From positions 99,138,001 to 99,202,000 of the forward strand of contig NC_043001.1 in the NCBI RefSeq assembly GCF_006345805.1: 64,000 nt of DNA, in the 5' to 3' direction. The translations under genes and the position numbers were made by a program. This stretch comes from Octopus sinensis. Lineage: Eukaryota. A model generated the notes under the pieces. The model made no database searches, was not told the origin of the DNA, and saw only the letters and a list, made by a program, of their open reading frames with translations. Shown piece after piece: positions 37,420 to 50,800 of the stretch. The number at the start of each line of letters is the position of its first letter. Within the stretch, counting starts at the first letter, position 1.

Positions 37420-38140
37420 TGAGGGTGATGGTGGTAGTGGTGGTTGTAGTGGTGATGTTAACGTAATGTCAATATAGTGGTGTTGGTGGTGGAGGTGATG
37501 GCGATGATTGTGGTGGTGGTTGAAGTAATGGTGATGATGGTGGTAGTTGTGATAGCAGTGGTTGTGATGGTGGTTGTAGGGATGGTGATGATGGTGGTGG
37601 TGGTGGTTGTAGGGATGGTGATGATGGTGGTGGTGGTGATGGTAGTCAGTTATAGTAATGATGATGGTAGTTGTGATGGTGGTGGTGATGGCAGTTGTAG
37701 TTATGGTAATGATGATGATGCTTGTGATGGAGGTCATAGTTACGGTGATGATGAGGGTAGTTATGATGGTGGTGGTGGTAGCAGTGTTGTGACAATGAAG
37801 TAACAGTAGTGTGTTGTGGAGGCGGTGGTAGTGATGCAATAGTAGTGTGACAGTGGTGGTACTGTTGTAATGGTAGTAGTAGTAGTGGTGACATAAAGAC
37901 AGTGAGGTGATACTGTTGGTAATTGTGATAATAATGTGATGGTAATGTGATGGTGACAGTGGAGTTGGCAGTAGTGATGTACTAGCAGTGTATTTGGTGA
38001 TTGTAGTGTTGGTGATGCTATGTCATGGTTGTAGTAGTGGTGCTGATAGTTGTGGTAGTGGTAGCTAAAGTTAAAATGGTGTTAATGGTGATGGGGTGTA
38101 GATGGCAGCAGTAGGGTGATGGTGGTGTGGTGATGGTGAT
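37420..38140. repeat. Compound (GGT/GAT/AGT)n low-complexity tract
   Basis: Direct reading; source of the His-/Val-rich spurious ORFs. Confidence 0.9.
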
Positions 38141-38144
38141 GCCG

Positions 38145-38310
38145 TTACGTTCTGAGTTCAAATTCCGCCGAGGTCGACTTTGCCTTTCATCCTTTCGGGG
38201 TCGATAAATTAAGTACCAGTTACGAACTGGGATTGGTGTAATCGACTTAATCCATTTGTCTGTCCTTGTTCGTCCCCTCTGTGTTTAGCCCCTTGTGGGT
38301 AATAAAGAAA
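38145..38310 (+). mobile_element. SINE fragment of a second family (probably Meta-domain-like)
   Basis: TTCAAATTCCGCCGAGGTCGACTTTGCCTTTCATCCTTTCGGGGTCGATAAATTAAGTACCAG; also at 22610-22760, 51290-51500 and in the 41190-44900 cluster. Confidence 0.8.
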
Positions 38311-38869
38311 CAGATGGTGATGGTGATGATGTAGTGGTGGTGTAGTGATGATAAAAGTGGTGATCATAAAAGTTATTGGTTGAAGGCTGATGGGAAAAAT
38401 ACTGAAGGCAGTGGTAGTGTAGTGTAAGAGAGTGATGAGGTAGTTAGTAACAAGATAGTGGTGGTTGTTGTTGTTGTTGTTGTTGTGGTAGTGGTGGTGG
38501 TGGTGATGACAACGTAGAGGATTTAGAACTGGTTGTAGTGTTGTTGAAATTGTTGTTCATATTGGAAGTAACACCAATGATTGTTCTTGTCATCTGGCTC
38601 CAGGTTAGTCATTATGGAGCAGACCAGTGAATCAAAGGCATTTCTGCCATGACCATCTTGTCTTGTTTTCAAGTATTTGACTTCATTGGTCAATTAGTCA
38701 AAGCATCCTTTCTTTTTTTAAAATGCAATTGGGTGTGATTGGAGGGAAGTTTGCTTGCTATTTCTTGCAGCTTGTGTGATGACATAGAGGACTCCTCGTT
38801 GATTCATAGCAATGGTGATGATGAGGCCATCATGTGTGTGGATTGATGTGCCTTCAAGTTGTAAAAAGA

Positions 38870-39260
38870 TGCCAATACTCCTCAGTCATCAAAGAACTGC
38901 TTGTTCCTTCTCTTTACCATTTTGCATTTGTAGCAATCACATTTCCAATGAAGAATTATATTCATGCATCTATCAGTCCATAGCCTCCTCTTTCATTGTC
39001 ATTTGCTGCTTGTGCTCGTATGACATGTCCTCCGCCTCCTACTAGATCATCCTACCATGGCCTAACTCTTGTTCGATGCAGCAGCTGCAGGCTGGAAGGG
39101 GCCCAATAGCAGGCTTCACACCAGATGGCTGGCCATGATTAAGGAAGATTGCAGAGGATTGATACCACTTTGAAGGAAGTAGGGGTGCTGGTATGAGACA
39201 CTGCCAGCAATGGGAGGCACTGGAGTGGGGGTGTTGACTCTATGCATGGTGATGCCTCTG
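38870..39260 (+). pseudogene. RTE-like LINE C-terminal relic
   Basis: HQRTACSF...NHISNEELY...; layout resembles the RTE C-terminus, very decayed. Confidence 0.4.
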
Positions 39261-39910
39261 GGACCGCTAACTTGCGATGATCCCAGCCCCATTGAGCAAG
39301 AGCAGAGAGAGAACAATGAAAAAAAGAATGAGGCCTAATAGCTGTGCATGAGAAAAAAACATTGAGGCAGCCTTAAGCCTCACTCATCATGTAAAATTTG
39401 ATGGTAAACATCAACTAACAATATTTATAAACCCCTCAACAGCAAGACAGGTGGCAGACCTGACTGCTATACCAGGTCAAAGTTTAAGGCCCTGGTGGCA
39501 GCAATAAATGAAGCTGATTTGATCTTCATTCCAAGCTGCCAAAAACCTCATGGTTTAGCAATAGGATTTAACAATAAGATTAAAAATTTATCAATGATGA
39601 AAGGGTTCAAAGAAAAGAAAAAAGTTTATCATTTAAGTTCATCATCTGTTTTATTGTTAACAGTCAAAAAGGGAATGGCTAAAAAACGAGATTAATGCTA
39701 TGGCCCAATTCTGTCATCTTAGTAATTTAATTGGACAGTTTATGTACCTGTGTGTGGAGAAATAGAGAAAAGAGAGATTAGATATGAGTGTTCTTAGTCA
39801 TGGTTGATTCATTAAGTTAGTAGCTGTTTGTTGTTGGAGTGTAGCAGAATGGTCATACAGACCAGTCTAGTTGTTGAGCAATATCTGATACTGAACTTAG
39901 TTTCACTTAA

Positions 39911-40086
39911 CCCTTTAGCCTTTAAACCAGCCAGATCCAGCCCCTTGCACCTACCCTACAATAACATTCTAAAAATGGACAGTCACATCATCAAAATCTG
40001 AAAGCTACTGGATAATGTATGATTAATTCAAAGCAATGTGAATAAATAAGCATTACGTTTGACAGGGTAACTTGAATATTAAAGGG
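39911..40086. mobile_element. piggyBac-type MITE, family 2
   Basis: TTAA|CCCTTTAGC ... TTAAAGGG|CTAA. Confidence 0.7.
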
Positions 40087-40282
40087 CTAAATCATCTTGC
40101 TACAGTTCAATATGGAACAATTATCATGTCTTTTTAGAAATAACAGCATAATCTGAATGCTAAAGAGTTAATGCATGAATGTGTCTCTCTTCAATCTGTC
40201 CACTCAGTTCTTTCTGACCATACCTGTCTGAGCTCCTGCCTGGTTTTTTTGCTACCTGTTTTATAAGCTGTGATTATTTTAA

Positions 40283-40544
40283 TCCTTTAGTATTTAGACC
40301 AGTCATGTTCAGCCAAAATAATATTCTATCTGTTTTATGTTCAAGCTGGTTACATCTGCTCAAGACATTCTGTTTTATGTTCAAATAAACCAGATCTGAC
40401 CTCTCACACCTACCTTACAATGTCATTCTAAAAATAAACAACCACATCATTGAACTCTTGATGCAACAAGATAATGCATGATTAATTCAAAACAATGAGA
40501 ATAATATGCATTACATTTGACAGAGTAATTTAAATAGTAAAGGG
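40283..40544. mobile_element. piggyBac-type MITE, family 2
   Basis: TTAA|TCCTTTAGTATTT ... AAATAGTAAAGGG|TTAA; internal sequence homologous to 39911-40086. Confidence 0.72.
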
Positions 40545-41189
40545 TTAATCAGAACTTGGCTGATTTTCAGTTAACAATTTCCGAGTCATTAGAATTTTTG
40601 CTGATGTCAAACAAAGAAGCCAATGTGTAGTTGTTACGTGTCATTGGTTAGATTTTTCGTGACATCATCATTCAATCTAAAAGTTTCCTCTGTTTTGTGT
40701 TTACATAGATCTAATTGTAAAAACAAACAGTCCAGGTTCAAATTGAGGCAGTGATCTGCTACAAGGACTTAATTTTATAAATTTTACTCACAGTAGAATT
40801 TCAATTTAATACTGCAAGTTAACCAAACAATTGTCAAATGAGGGAGTCTCTACTTGGTTTCTAAGCTTACTAGAAATAGCAGCCAAATCTCATTGAAATT
40901 GACCTCGAAATAAAGACAAAATGGTTGTGGCTAGAATGTGTGTTGATTGTAGGTCAGCTTCTTCTGAGCTGACTTGGGCTTAAGCAACAACAACAACAAC
41001 AAAAATTGTCAATTTCACAATGCTGCTATTGCTCTCCTGTGGTGACTATTTACAGCTATGTGTGACTACTTACAGCCGTGCTGCAGAGTGCAACAGTGGG
41101 GAACGGATACAAATCTCAGGCTACACAAAATACAGTTACAGGACTCACTACCACATTACCAACCTTCTTTCAATAATGGTGATGATGGT

Positions 41190-41315
41190 AGGCGTAGGGC
41201 CAGCAATTTAGGGGGAATGGGTAAGTCTATTACATCAACCCCAGTGTCTTATTTTATTGACTCATATTTTATTGACTCATAAAGGATGAAAGGCTAAGTC
41301 GATTTTGATGGAATT

Positions 41316-41351
<36 letters not shown>

Positions 41352-41621
41352 GTAATAATAATAGTAATAATAATAATAATAATAGTAATAATAATAATAA
41401 TAATAGTAATAATAATAGTAATAATAATAATAATAATAATAAATGCCATGATGATGATGGTGATAATAATAATAATAATAACAATAATAATTCTTTCTAC
41501 TGTAGGCACAAGGCCAGAAATTGTGGGGGAGGGGTTAAGTCGATTACATCAATCCCAGTGTGTAAATGGTATTTCATCAACCCCAAAAGGATAAAAGGCA
41601 AAGTTGACCTTGGCGGAAAAA

Positions 41622-41652
<31 letters not shown>

Positions 41653-44600
41653 AGTAATAATAATAGTAATAATAATAATAATAATAATAAATGCCATGAT
41701 GATGATGGTGATAATAATAATAATAATAACAATAATAATTCTTTCTACTGTAGGCACAAGGCCAGAAATTGTGGGGGAGGGGTTAAGTCGATTACATCAA
41801 TCCCAGTGTGTAAATGGTATTTCATCAACCCCAAAAGGATAAAAGGCAAAGTTGACCTTGGCGGAAAAATAATAATAAAAATAATAATAATTGTTGAATG
41901 TTACCCATGATAATTAACAACCAAGTACCGAAGCTTAAAATGTGCAGAAAGAGACTCTGTGAGATCTCTGACAGCAGGCTGCTGTCCACTCTCAAAGAAT
42001 CTATCAGAGCAAACAAGATCAAGCACTCTGAGAAGTAAAACAATAATAATAATGATCCTTTCTACTATAGGCAGAAAGCCTGAAAATTTGGGGGATGGGG
42101 AAAGTCAATCACATCAACCCCAGGACTTGACTAGTACTTAATTTATCGACCCCAAAATGATGAGAGGCAAAGTCGACCTCATCAGAATTTGAACTTAGAA
42201 CATAAAGATGGATAAAATAATGAAGAACAGGATAATGATGATAACATAATCAATAATGCTGATATAATGCCATAAAGATTGTGATGGTGGTTGTGATGTT
42301 GGAGGCTGTGGCAACAGCAATATGGATAATGATGATGATAATGATGATGGTGTAGATGTGGTGGTGCTGGTGATGGTGTAGATGTGGTAACTTCAGTAAA
42401 GAGGATGATGGTTATGATAACGATGGATGTTGGCAGTGGTGGTAGTGGTAATGACAACAGTATAGATAATGAAGATTATAATTATGGAGGCTGTAGCAAC
42501 CAAAAACATATGAATGATGAAGATAGTAATTATAATGATGATGCTGATGATTTGTTTTACTTTTTCTTTTCTTTTTCTCCATTTTTATTTTCCCATGTTT
42601 CTCTCTTCTGTCTGCTTACTTTATCCTGTTGTTCAGTTCAGAGATCTTAATCTCTCAATCACGTCTTCCATTTCTTCCTATGACATCCACCAATAATCCA
42701 TGGTAATTCCCATGTCATCTACACAATTACAAATATTTGTCCATCTGATGCTTATGGTGCTGTTGTTGTTGATGTTATTGTTCTTGTTTTGCTTGTTTAG
42801 TTGCTACTACCACTGTTTCCATGCTGTTATTGATGTTTCTCATCTCATCTCATCTTCTTCGCCCACTTATTCCTGAGAGGGTTGTGAGGCAGAGTCCTCA
42901 AGCATGCCTTCCATTGGGTCCTGTCAGAAGCAACTGTGTCCAGTTGATCTGCTTGGATCCCCAAGAGAGATCAACCAAACTCATGGATTTTATCCAACCA
43001 TCTTGTTCGTCATCTACCCTTAGGTCTCCTGCCAGTTGATTTTACCCATAAAACCCATCCAGCAATTCTTTCTTTAAATATTTGGAAATCGAATCTTAAA
43101 AGAAAAATTGAGTATAAGAGGTATCAGATGTAGTGTGCAAGAGAGAAGACTGCACTGGTATGGATGAGGACAGTGGCATAAAGAAGTGCTGATCTCTAAC
43201 TGTGAAGGGAACCTGTGGGAGAGGTAGACCTAGGAAGACATGGGATGAGGTGGTGAAACATGATCTTTAGATGTTGAATCTTAACAGGCAATGACAAGTG
43301 ACCTAGACTTCTGGCAGTTTGCCGTACATGAGAAGACATATGAAGGTAAGTGACATCATGGTTGTGGCCAGTGAAAGGCACCCATGCCAGTGACACTTAA
43401 AAGGCACCTGTACTGGTGATACAGAAAAGGCATCCAGTACACTCCCTAAAGTGGTTGGTGTTAGAAAGGGCATCCAGCCATAGAAACCAAGTCAAAATAG
43501 ACTGGAGTTTAGTGCAGCTCTCTGACTTACCAGTCCCAGCGAAACCGTCTAACCCATGCCAGCATGGAAAATGGGCGTTAAATGATGATGATGATGATGA
43601 TTGTTTCTAATTTAGGCACATGACTAATAATTTTGGGGGCAGTGTAGCTGATTGCAGTGATATCAGTACTTAACTAATACTTTATTTCATCAACCCTGGG
43701 GAAATGAACAGCAAAGTTGGACTCATGGGGGCTTGAACTCAGAACAAATAGCCTGAACAAATATCATAAGGTATTTTATCTGCTCTGCTTTAATGATTCT
43801 GCCAATTCACTGTAGTATTAATAATTCTTCTTACTATAGGCATGAGGCCTTAAGTTTTGGTGGAAGAGGGCTAGTTGTTTACATTGACTCCAGTGCTCAT
43901 TTGTTACTTATTTTATTGACCCCAAAAAGATGAAAGGCAAAGTCTTTCTCAGTGGAATTCAAACTCACAACTTGAAGCCACAAAAAATGCCACTAAAATG
44001 ATTCTGTCAACTCATTGCTTTCATCTTAGAAGTTGCAATAGTAGTCCTTTCTACTAAAGGCACAAGGCCTGAAATTTTGGGAGAGGGGACTAGTCAATTA
44101 CATCAACACCAGTGTTTCAATGGCACTTAATTTATCAACCCCAAAAGGATGAAAGGCAAAGTCAACCCTGAGGAATATGAACTCAGAATGTAAAGACAGA
44201 TGAAATGCTGCAAAGCATTTTACCCATCATGCTAACGATTCTGCCAGTTTGTTGCCTTAACAATAATAATAATAATCCTTTCTATTATAGGCACTATATT
44301 CTTTTTTACTATAGTGGGAGGAGGATAGTTGATTACATCAACCTTAGTATTTGGCTGGTACTTATTTCATCAACCCCGGAAGGATGAAAGGCAAAGTTGA
44401 CTTCACTGGAATATGAACTCAGAATGTAAAGCTGGAAGAAAAGCTACTAAGCATTTTGTTCAGTATACTAAGAATTCTGCCAGCTCACCACTTTCATCAC
44501 AGTAGTGATATTGGTCTTACAATAAGGAAGATAATAATCAAATATTATTTATTTTATTGCTTAATCAAAAGAAGAGGCAGTGCCCATGACCCTTTACAGG

Positions 44601-44900
44601 ACCTACAAGGCTAGAGAGAAAAAAGAACATATCCTCAGACCAGAGACCAAGCTTGAATGCTTGCAACAGAGACACCCAAGGACTAGGTGTTGGGGATTAA
44701 GTCAATCCTCAAAGAAAACCACTGCAGACTTTGAATGCAAAGAACAAATACTGCAAGCTATCCCATCTAATTCTCTAATGACTCCACCAGCTTGTTGCTC
44801 TTCTTGAGTACTTTACTTATTTATTGACACCAGCAGGCTGGAAGGCAATGTTGACCTCAGCAGGACTCAAACTCAGAACGCAAGGGACCAGAAATATATG
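41190..44900 (-). repeat. Cluster of about nine same-orientation SINE 3' fragments interleaved with (AAT)n/(GAT)n, including a perfect 248-bp-period tandem duplication
   Basis: Copies near 41190, 41490, 41740, 42055, 43600, 43825, 44045, 44275, 44690 sharing CCCCAAAAGGATGAAAGGCAAAGT(T/C)GACC-type cores. Confidence 0.8.
43095..43600 (+). mobile_element. RTE LINE 3' end (ORF end, 3' UTR, (GAT)n tail)
   Basis: EKLSIRGIRCSVQERRLHW...GTCGRGRPRKTWDEVVKHDL, then UTR and AAATGATGATGATG. Confidence 0.85.
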
Positions 44901-45659
44901 CTGCAAAGCATTTTGGCTGATGCTTCAACAATACTGAGTTATTCATCAGCCTTCTTTGAGCAATAATTCTTTACACAGAGTTGACTAAGATCACTCAAAA
45001 ACAACAGCATTAGGAATAGTACTATATAATATAATGAGCCTATTGTATACAGTGCTCAGGTGCACTGCATTATATCCTAGTACTTTGCTTTCTCTTCCTT
45101 CAGTGACTAGTGTTAACCAAGAACTGTACAAAGAAGTTACAAGCAATAACTGTACAGAACCTTACTTTAGGTTCAAATACATGACAGAGAGGTATGGCTA
45201 ACAGTAGCAGAAGACAAAAGAAAAATGATATTATAACTGATGTGCAGTTTCAATTGTGTGCAGTTTAGGCTGAAAGCTTCCAGCTGGGCAAAGCTCCAGC
45301 AGGAAAGAAGAGGTGCTTCTACATCATCATCATCACAACCACCATCACCACCAACATCATCACCATCATCATCAACAACAACATCAATAACTGCAGTAAA
45401 GGCAACAAAAGTAACATTACCATCAACAACAAGAACAATAGCAACAACTCATCAATAACACAACAACAGCAACAGTAATATGAACAGAAATAATATAACG
45501 ATCATCCTCACCATCATCATCATCATTGTCACTATAAACTACATCAATAGTCACATCAATAACTAAACTAATAATCTAAAAACACCCTTTCCTATATCTA
45601 ATCACACGCATACATGTGCCAGAATATTTCCAGCATCTTTTTCTCATTATTATCTACTT

Positions 45660-45890
45660 TTTACTTGTTCCAGACATTTGACAACAGGCATGAAAGGTTT
45701 AGTTGAACAAAATTTCATGGCTCCTGACACATTTGGTATTCTAGCACCCATTTTACTATTTACCGCCATGGGTACTTTTGTAAGATCATTCTTGAAAATT
45801 ACCACACCACTCAATGTTCATTTTCTAAAATCCTATGTACTTCTCCGGTCATTCTACATCTTGTAGACTATGTTCAACTGATAAAGTCAA
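45660..45890 (-). pseudogene. Very decayed Penelope-like GIY-YIG relic
   Basis: Fragments NIVYK, EKYIG, IVKW across shifting frames. Confidence 0.4.
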
Positions 45891-47384
45891 ATAAGGTTAA
45901 AGCATGCTTGGAATTATTATCACCATATTGCTGTAGATCAACCTCACTTCCCACTGGATTGTAGACTTAAAACACTGCCCATTTTAACCCCATCACCTGT
46001 ATTTTGGATACTTTTAGTAGAGTCCACTCTGTTGCAAGCAATCAGGGCAGGTTTCTGATTTAAGGATACCTTTCTCCCTTCCTACTACCAACTTAAGAGG
46101 CTCTGTAAAGAGTCATTGGCAGTGACTTTCCTCCTGACTATAAAATGAAAAAAGAAAATGTATAAATCAACTTAAATTTCAATGTTGTCTCCCCTGCTGT
46201 TTTTAACCAGAATTAGTGATTAAAATAATGTTTCTTTTTTTTTCTTGTCTCTACAGATGGCTTACTACATCAAATGTATTTGTGCCCATTTTAATGCTAG
46301 TTTTTTTTTTTTTCGTGCTGTTCTGGGTGTTCTTCTAACCTTAATAGCCTCACTAATTTCAAGTGTTAAAATGCACTCAAGAGAGACAACTGTAATGTCT
46401 CACCCATACCCCCTTACTTGCAGCCAATTTGGTAACCGGTAGATCTTACAGACAGACATTCAATAAACACTTACTTATCCTTCAATTCTCTTCTCACTTC
46501 ATCTTTTTCCTTCTTTCTTCTCACACTACTTCTCCTAATACTTCTTGTTCACATAGGAAGGTTACTTGGTCCTGTGTTCCTTATCAGTTACTGCCAGTTT
46601 TTTTTAAACTTAGAGGATGTAAAATTCTGCTGTTTCTCATTTATTTCTCTCCTGTCAAAATTTCCCTAAAGAAGGACTTTGTCCAAAACATTGGATTTTC
46701 AACTCTTCATAGCAAATTCACTGTACCCTTTTTATCAATTTTACTACATAATATAAGTCTTACTGATACAGACTGCCACCAGTTTCTTTGGAGTCTGTTT
46801 GATCATATATCTACACAGAATATATCTATAAATTTTAGCCAACCCTGTATATAATAGACATGTGTAAACACTGTGTCTTTTTCTACCATATCTTTGTGGA
46901 TAGAAATATATGGATCAGCCAGACTAGTCTCAATACCATGTTCGGATTTTGTTAATGTCTCAGCTCACACTTTATCAGTCCATGAAGATTTTGTTTCTAA
47001 TCCTAAAATTACTAAGGCATTAATTAAAGTGGATAGATAAAGAGGGTACTCAGTTGCTGATGAAATCCCAACAGAATATTGAAATTTGTCTGGTTTATCC
47101 CTGTTTTTCTTAACATGAAGATATATATTTCTACAAAATGTTCATATTCTGTCTATACAGAACCTATTAATAGATGTTGGTTCTCAATATGTTCTCAAGT
47201 ATCGATAGTATAGCAGTGAAACAAAACACTGTTAATACACAAGTAAATTACATAAATACATATACATATATTATATACATGTGTATATGTCTATGTGTGT
47301 ATGTCTGAGTCCTTATGTCTGTGTGAATGTGAGTTTGTGTATGTGTGTATACATCTGTGTGCATATGTGTTTGTGTATGTGTGT

Positions 47385-47680
47385 GTACATTTGGGTGGCC
47401 GTTGCCAGTGCCACCCCGACTGGCCTCCATGCCGGTGGCACGTAAAATGCACCATCCAATTGTGGCCGTTGCCAGCCTCGTCTGGCATCTGTGCAGGTGG
47501 CACGTAAAAAGCACCCACTACACTCACGGAGTGGTTGGCGTTAGGAAGGGCATCCAGCTGTAGAAACACTGCCAGATCAGACTGGGCCTGGTGCAGCTCT
47601 CTGGCTTCCCAGACCCCAGTTGAACTGTCCAACCCATACTAGCATGGAGAACTAACGTTAAACGATGATGATGACGATGT
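47385..47680 (+). mobile_element. RTE 3' UTR/tail with two repeat units
   Basis: GCCGGTGGCACGTAAAATGCACC ... GCAGGTGGCACGTAAAAAGCACC ... (GAT)n. Confidence 0.85.
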
Positions 47681-48387
47681 GTACCTGAATGTATATGTGT
47701 GTGCATATGCATATCTATGTGCATGTTTGTGTGTGTATGTATGTGTTCATCTGTGAGTAAGTATCTGTATGTGTGTATGCATGCGAGTGTGTGTATGTGT
47801 GTGTATGTATGTGCATGTGTCTTTGTGTGTATATGAGGTTCAGGCATTATGCTGAGTGCTATGAGGATATTGTTTTGAAGTTTATTTTCATACACTAGAC
47901 ATTTACTCACTAACATAATTGTCAATTGTTGAACCTTGCTAATTTACTAAAATATTTAACATATTCAGGTCAATCTCATGAAATAGGTGAAGTTTCCTGC
48001 CAACTATTTACTTCATTCTCTAAATATATATTACCTGTTAGTATAATGGTTATTTGTTTTCTTTTTTTTTTTATAGTTTTCATCATTTCCTTCTCTCTAT
48101 TACCTCTATCTGCTAACTTCTTTCTTTGATACTAGTTTGGGTACATACAGACATATGTGTGTGTGTGTGTGTATGTGTACACATATATACACACACACAT
48201 ACATGCATGTATATTTATAAGGTGCAGGTATGGGTGTATGGCTGAGAAGTTTGTTTCTCAGCAACATGGTTTTGTGATCAGTTCCATTGTGTGATGGCAC
48301 CATAGACAACTGTCTTCTACTGTTGTCCCACAACAATCAAAACCGTGTGATTAGATTTGGTAGATGAAATTTGAAAGAAGTTCATCA

Positions 48388-48436
<49 letters not shown>

Positions 48437-48829
48437 TGTGTGTGTATGTGCATATATATATATATGAATATATGTATTTATATATGCATGTATGTATCTA
48501 TCTATGTATATATGTATATTTAAACCCAAGAGAAATTACCTATAACAGGCAATTTCTACATGATGGGAGATGGTCAAAACGACCGAAAACCACAAAATTT
48601 AAGCAATTTCAAAGGGAATGAAAAAAATAAAGACTTTTACCTTGTTTTTACGGTTATACCTATAGGTTTCAAATTTTTTTAGTATATAAAATAATTTACT
48701 CGGGAAATTCTCATCAGTAACCGAGCCTTCCAAGACTAACCTATAATTATGAGACCAATAGCACATGTCCCATCTTTATATGTTATCAAAATCCACCAAC
48801 GCAATATATATCATCATCATCATCATCGT

Positions 48830-48920
48830 TTGTGTGTGTATATATATATATATATATGTATGTATATATGTGTGTGTATATATATATATGTGTGTGTGTA
48901 TATGTGTGTACATATGTTTG

Positions 48921-48975
<55 letters not shown>

Positions 48976-49150
48976 ATGTATATATGTATGTATATATGTG
49001 TATATATATGTGTGTGTGTATATATATGTGTGTGTGTATATATATATATGCGTGTGTGTATATATTTATGTGTGTGTGTATATATATATGTGTGTATGTA
49101 TGTATATATGTGTATACATATGTGTGTGTGTATATATATATGTGTATGTA
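48830..49150. repeat. Compound (TG)/(TA) microsatellite with ~18-bp higher-order period
   Basis: Repeated TATATATATGTGTGTGTG-like blocks. Confidence 0.9.
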
Positions 49151-49655
49151 TATGTTAGTTAGTTAGTTAGTTAATTTGGCTCAAAAGCAAATAGCAAGGC
49201 CATGTAGGGGGGCATGGAGTTAAGTACAGGGTGGTGTTCATGTAAAGAGTTCAGGCCACTTGAGGTCCAGGGAGGCTTTAAACAAAGCGGTCGTCGGCAT
49301 CTTCACCATCTCGTCTGACAGCTTGTTCCACGGATCCGCAACCCGGACGGAGAAAGCTCCTCTCCTTCGATTGAGATGAAATCGTCGCAGGTAGAGCTTT
49401 TCGGAATGACCCCACAGCCGACGCTCTGGAGCAGGAGTGAAGAACAGCTCTTTCGAGAGGTTACACTTTCCGCTTATGATGTTGTGGGCGAGAATGAGAT
49501 CACCACGGCGGCGGCGTTTTTCAAGAGAATAAAGGTCGAGCGTCCTCAGCCTCTCTTTGTAGGACAAATTTTTGAGACCATGAACCATGCGGGTAGCCAG
49601 CTTCTGGACTCTTTCGAGATGCTGTATGTCTTTGAGGAGATAAGGAGAAGAGGCT
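49150..49655 (-). mobile_element. 5'-truncated, relatively young CR1/L2-type LINE with (TAAC)n tail
   Basis: Open SPYLLKDIQHLERVQKLATRMVHGLKNLSYKERLRTLDLYSLEKRRRRGDLI...VADPWNKL...; CpG-rich; tail TTAACTAACTAAC. Confidence 0.88.
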
Positions 49656-49679
49656 TATATGTGCGTGTGTGTGTGTATA

Positions 49680-50800
49680 TATCATCATCATCATTTAACG
49701 TCTGTTGTCCATGCTGGCATGGGTTGGACGGTTTGACTGGGCTGGCATGCTGGAAGGCTGCACCAGACTCCTGTCTGATTTGGCATGGTCTTCTACAGCT
49801 GGATGCCCTTCCTAATACCAACCACTCCGAGAGTATAATGGGTGTTTTCATGTGCCACAGGCATGGGTGCCATTTGCATGACACCGGTATCTGCCATGAT
49901 TTTGCTTGGCTTGATAGGTCTCCTTCTCAAGCACAACATAATGCCAAAGGTCTTGATCATTGCCTCCATGAGGCCCAACACTCAAAAGGAACTCAGCCAC
50001 TTGCCTCCATGAGGCCCAGTGCTCAAAAGAAACTCAACCACCTTGCCACCCAATGTTCGAAAGGAACTCAGCCTCTTGTCTCCATGAGGCCTAACACTCG
50101 AAAGGAACTCAGCCACTTGCTTTAGTGAGACCCAATGTTTGAAAGGAACTCAGCCACTATGCCTCCATGAGGTCCAATGCTCAAAAGGAACTCAGCCAGT
50201 TTGCCTCCATGAGGCCCAACGTTCAAGGTTGATTTTCTTATGTGCCATCAGCACAGGTGCACTTAGTTTGATGGGTCCTCTTAAGCAGAGCACATCATCA
50301 AAAGTCTCAGTCACTTGTCATTGCCTCTATGAGGTTCATAGTTCGAAGATCGTGTTTTAATACCTCGTCCCATATCTTCCTGGGTCTACCTCTACCACAG
50401 GTTCCCTTCACATTTAAAGATCAGCACTTCTTTACACAGCTTTCCTCATCCATATGCATCAAATGACCATATCAGTGCAGTTGCCTCTCATGCGCACTAC
50501 ATCTGATTCCTCTTATGCCTAACTTTTCTCTAAAGATGCTTACACTCTGTCGAACATGCAGACTAACATTGCACTTTCAGGAAAGCATACTGGCTTCATT
50601 TCTTTCATGCCTATGCATGTCCTCAGCTGTTATAGCCCATGTTTCACAGCCATGCAGCATAGCAGTTTGCACACAGGCATCAAACAATCTGCCTTTCACT
50701 CTGAGAGAGAGGCCTTTTCTTGTCAGTAGGAGTAGGAACTCTCTGAACTTTGCCCAACCTAATCTTATTCTCACAGCTATGCTCTCGGAAGATGGATCTT
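49680..50800 (-). mobile_element. RTE LINE 3' portion with a 41-bp tandem array in its 3' UTR
   Basis: RIRLGWAKFREF...LRVKGRLFDACVQTAMLHGCETW..., GRGRPRKIWDE; array 49961-50225; tail (GAT)n. Confidence 0.88.

Noticed and set aside
45674-45779. Exon-like segment with AG acceptor, open frame and GTAAG donor
   Set aside because: No FDXR similarity; better explained as the antisense of a decayed PLE endonuclease
46230-46300. Strong polypyrimidine tract plus CAG
   Set aside because: No frame matches FDXR and no donor support
49961-50225. CCATGAG...CTCGAAA in the 41-bp units as a hammerhead, or the array as CRISPR-like
   Set aside because: Essential G5 is C and helices I/III are absent; units are contiguous with no unique spacers
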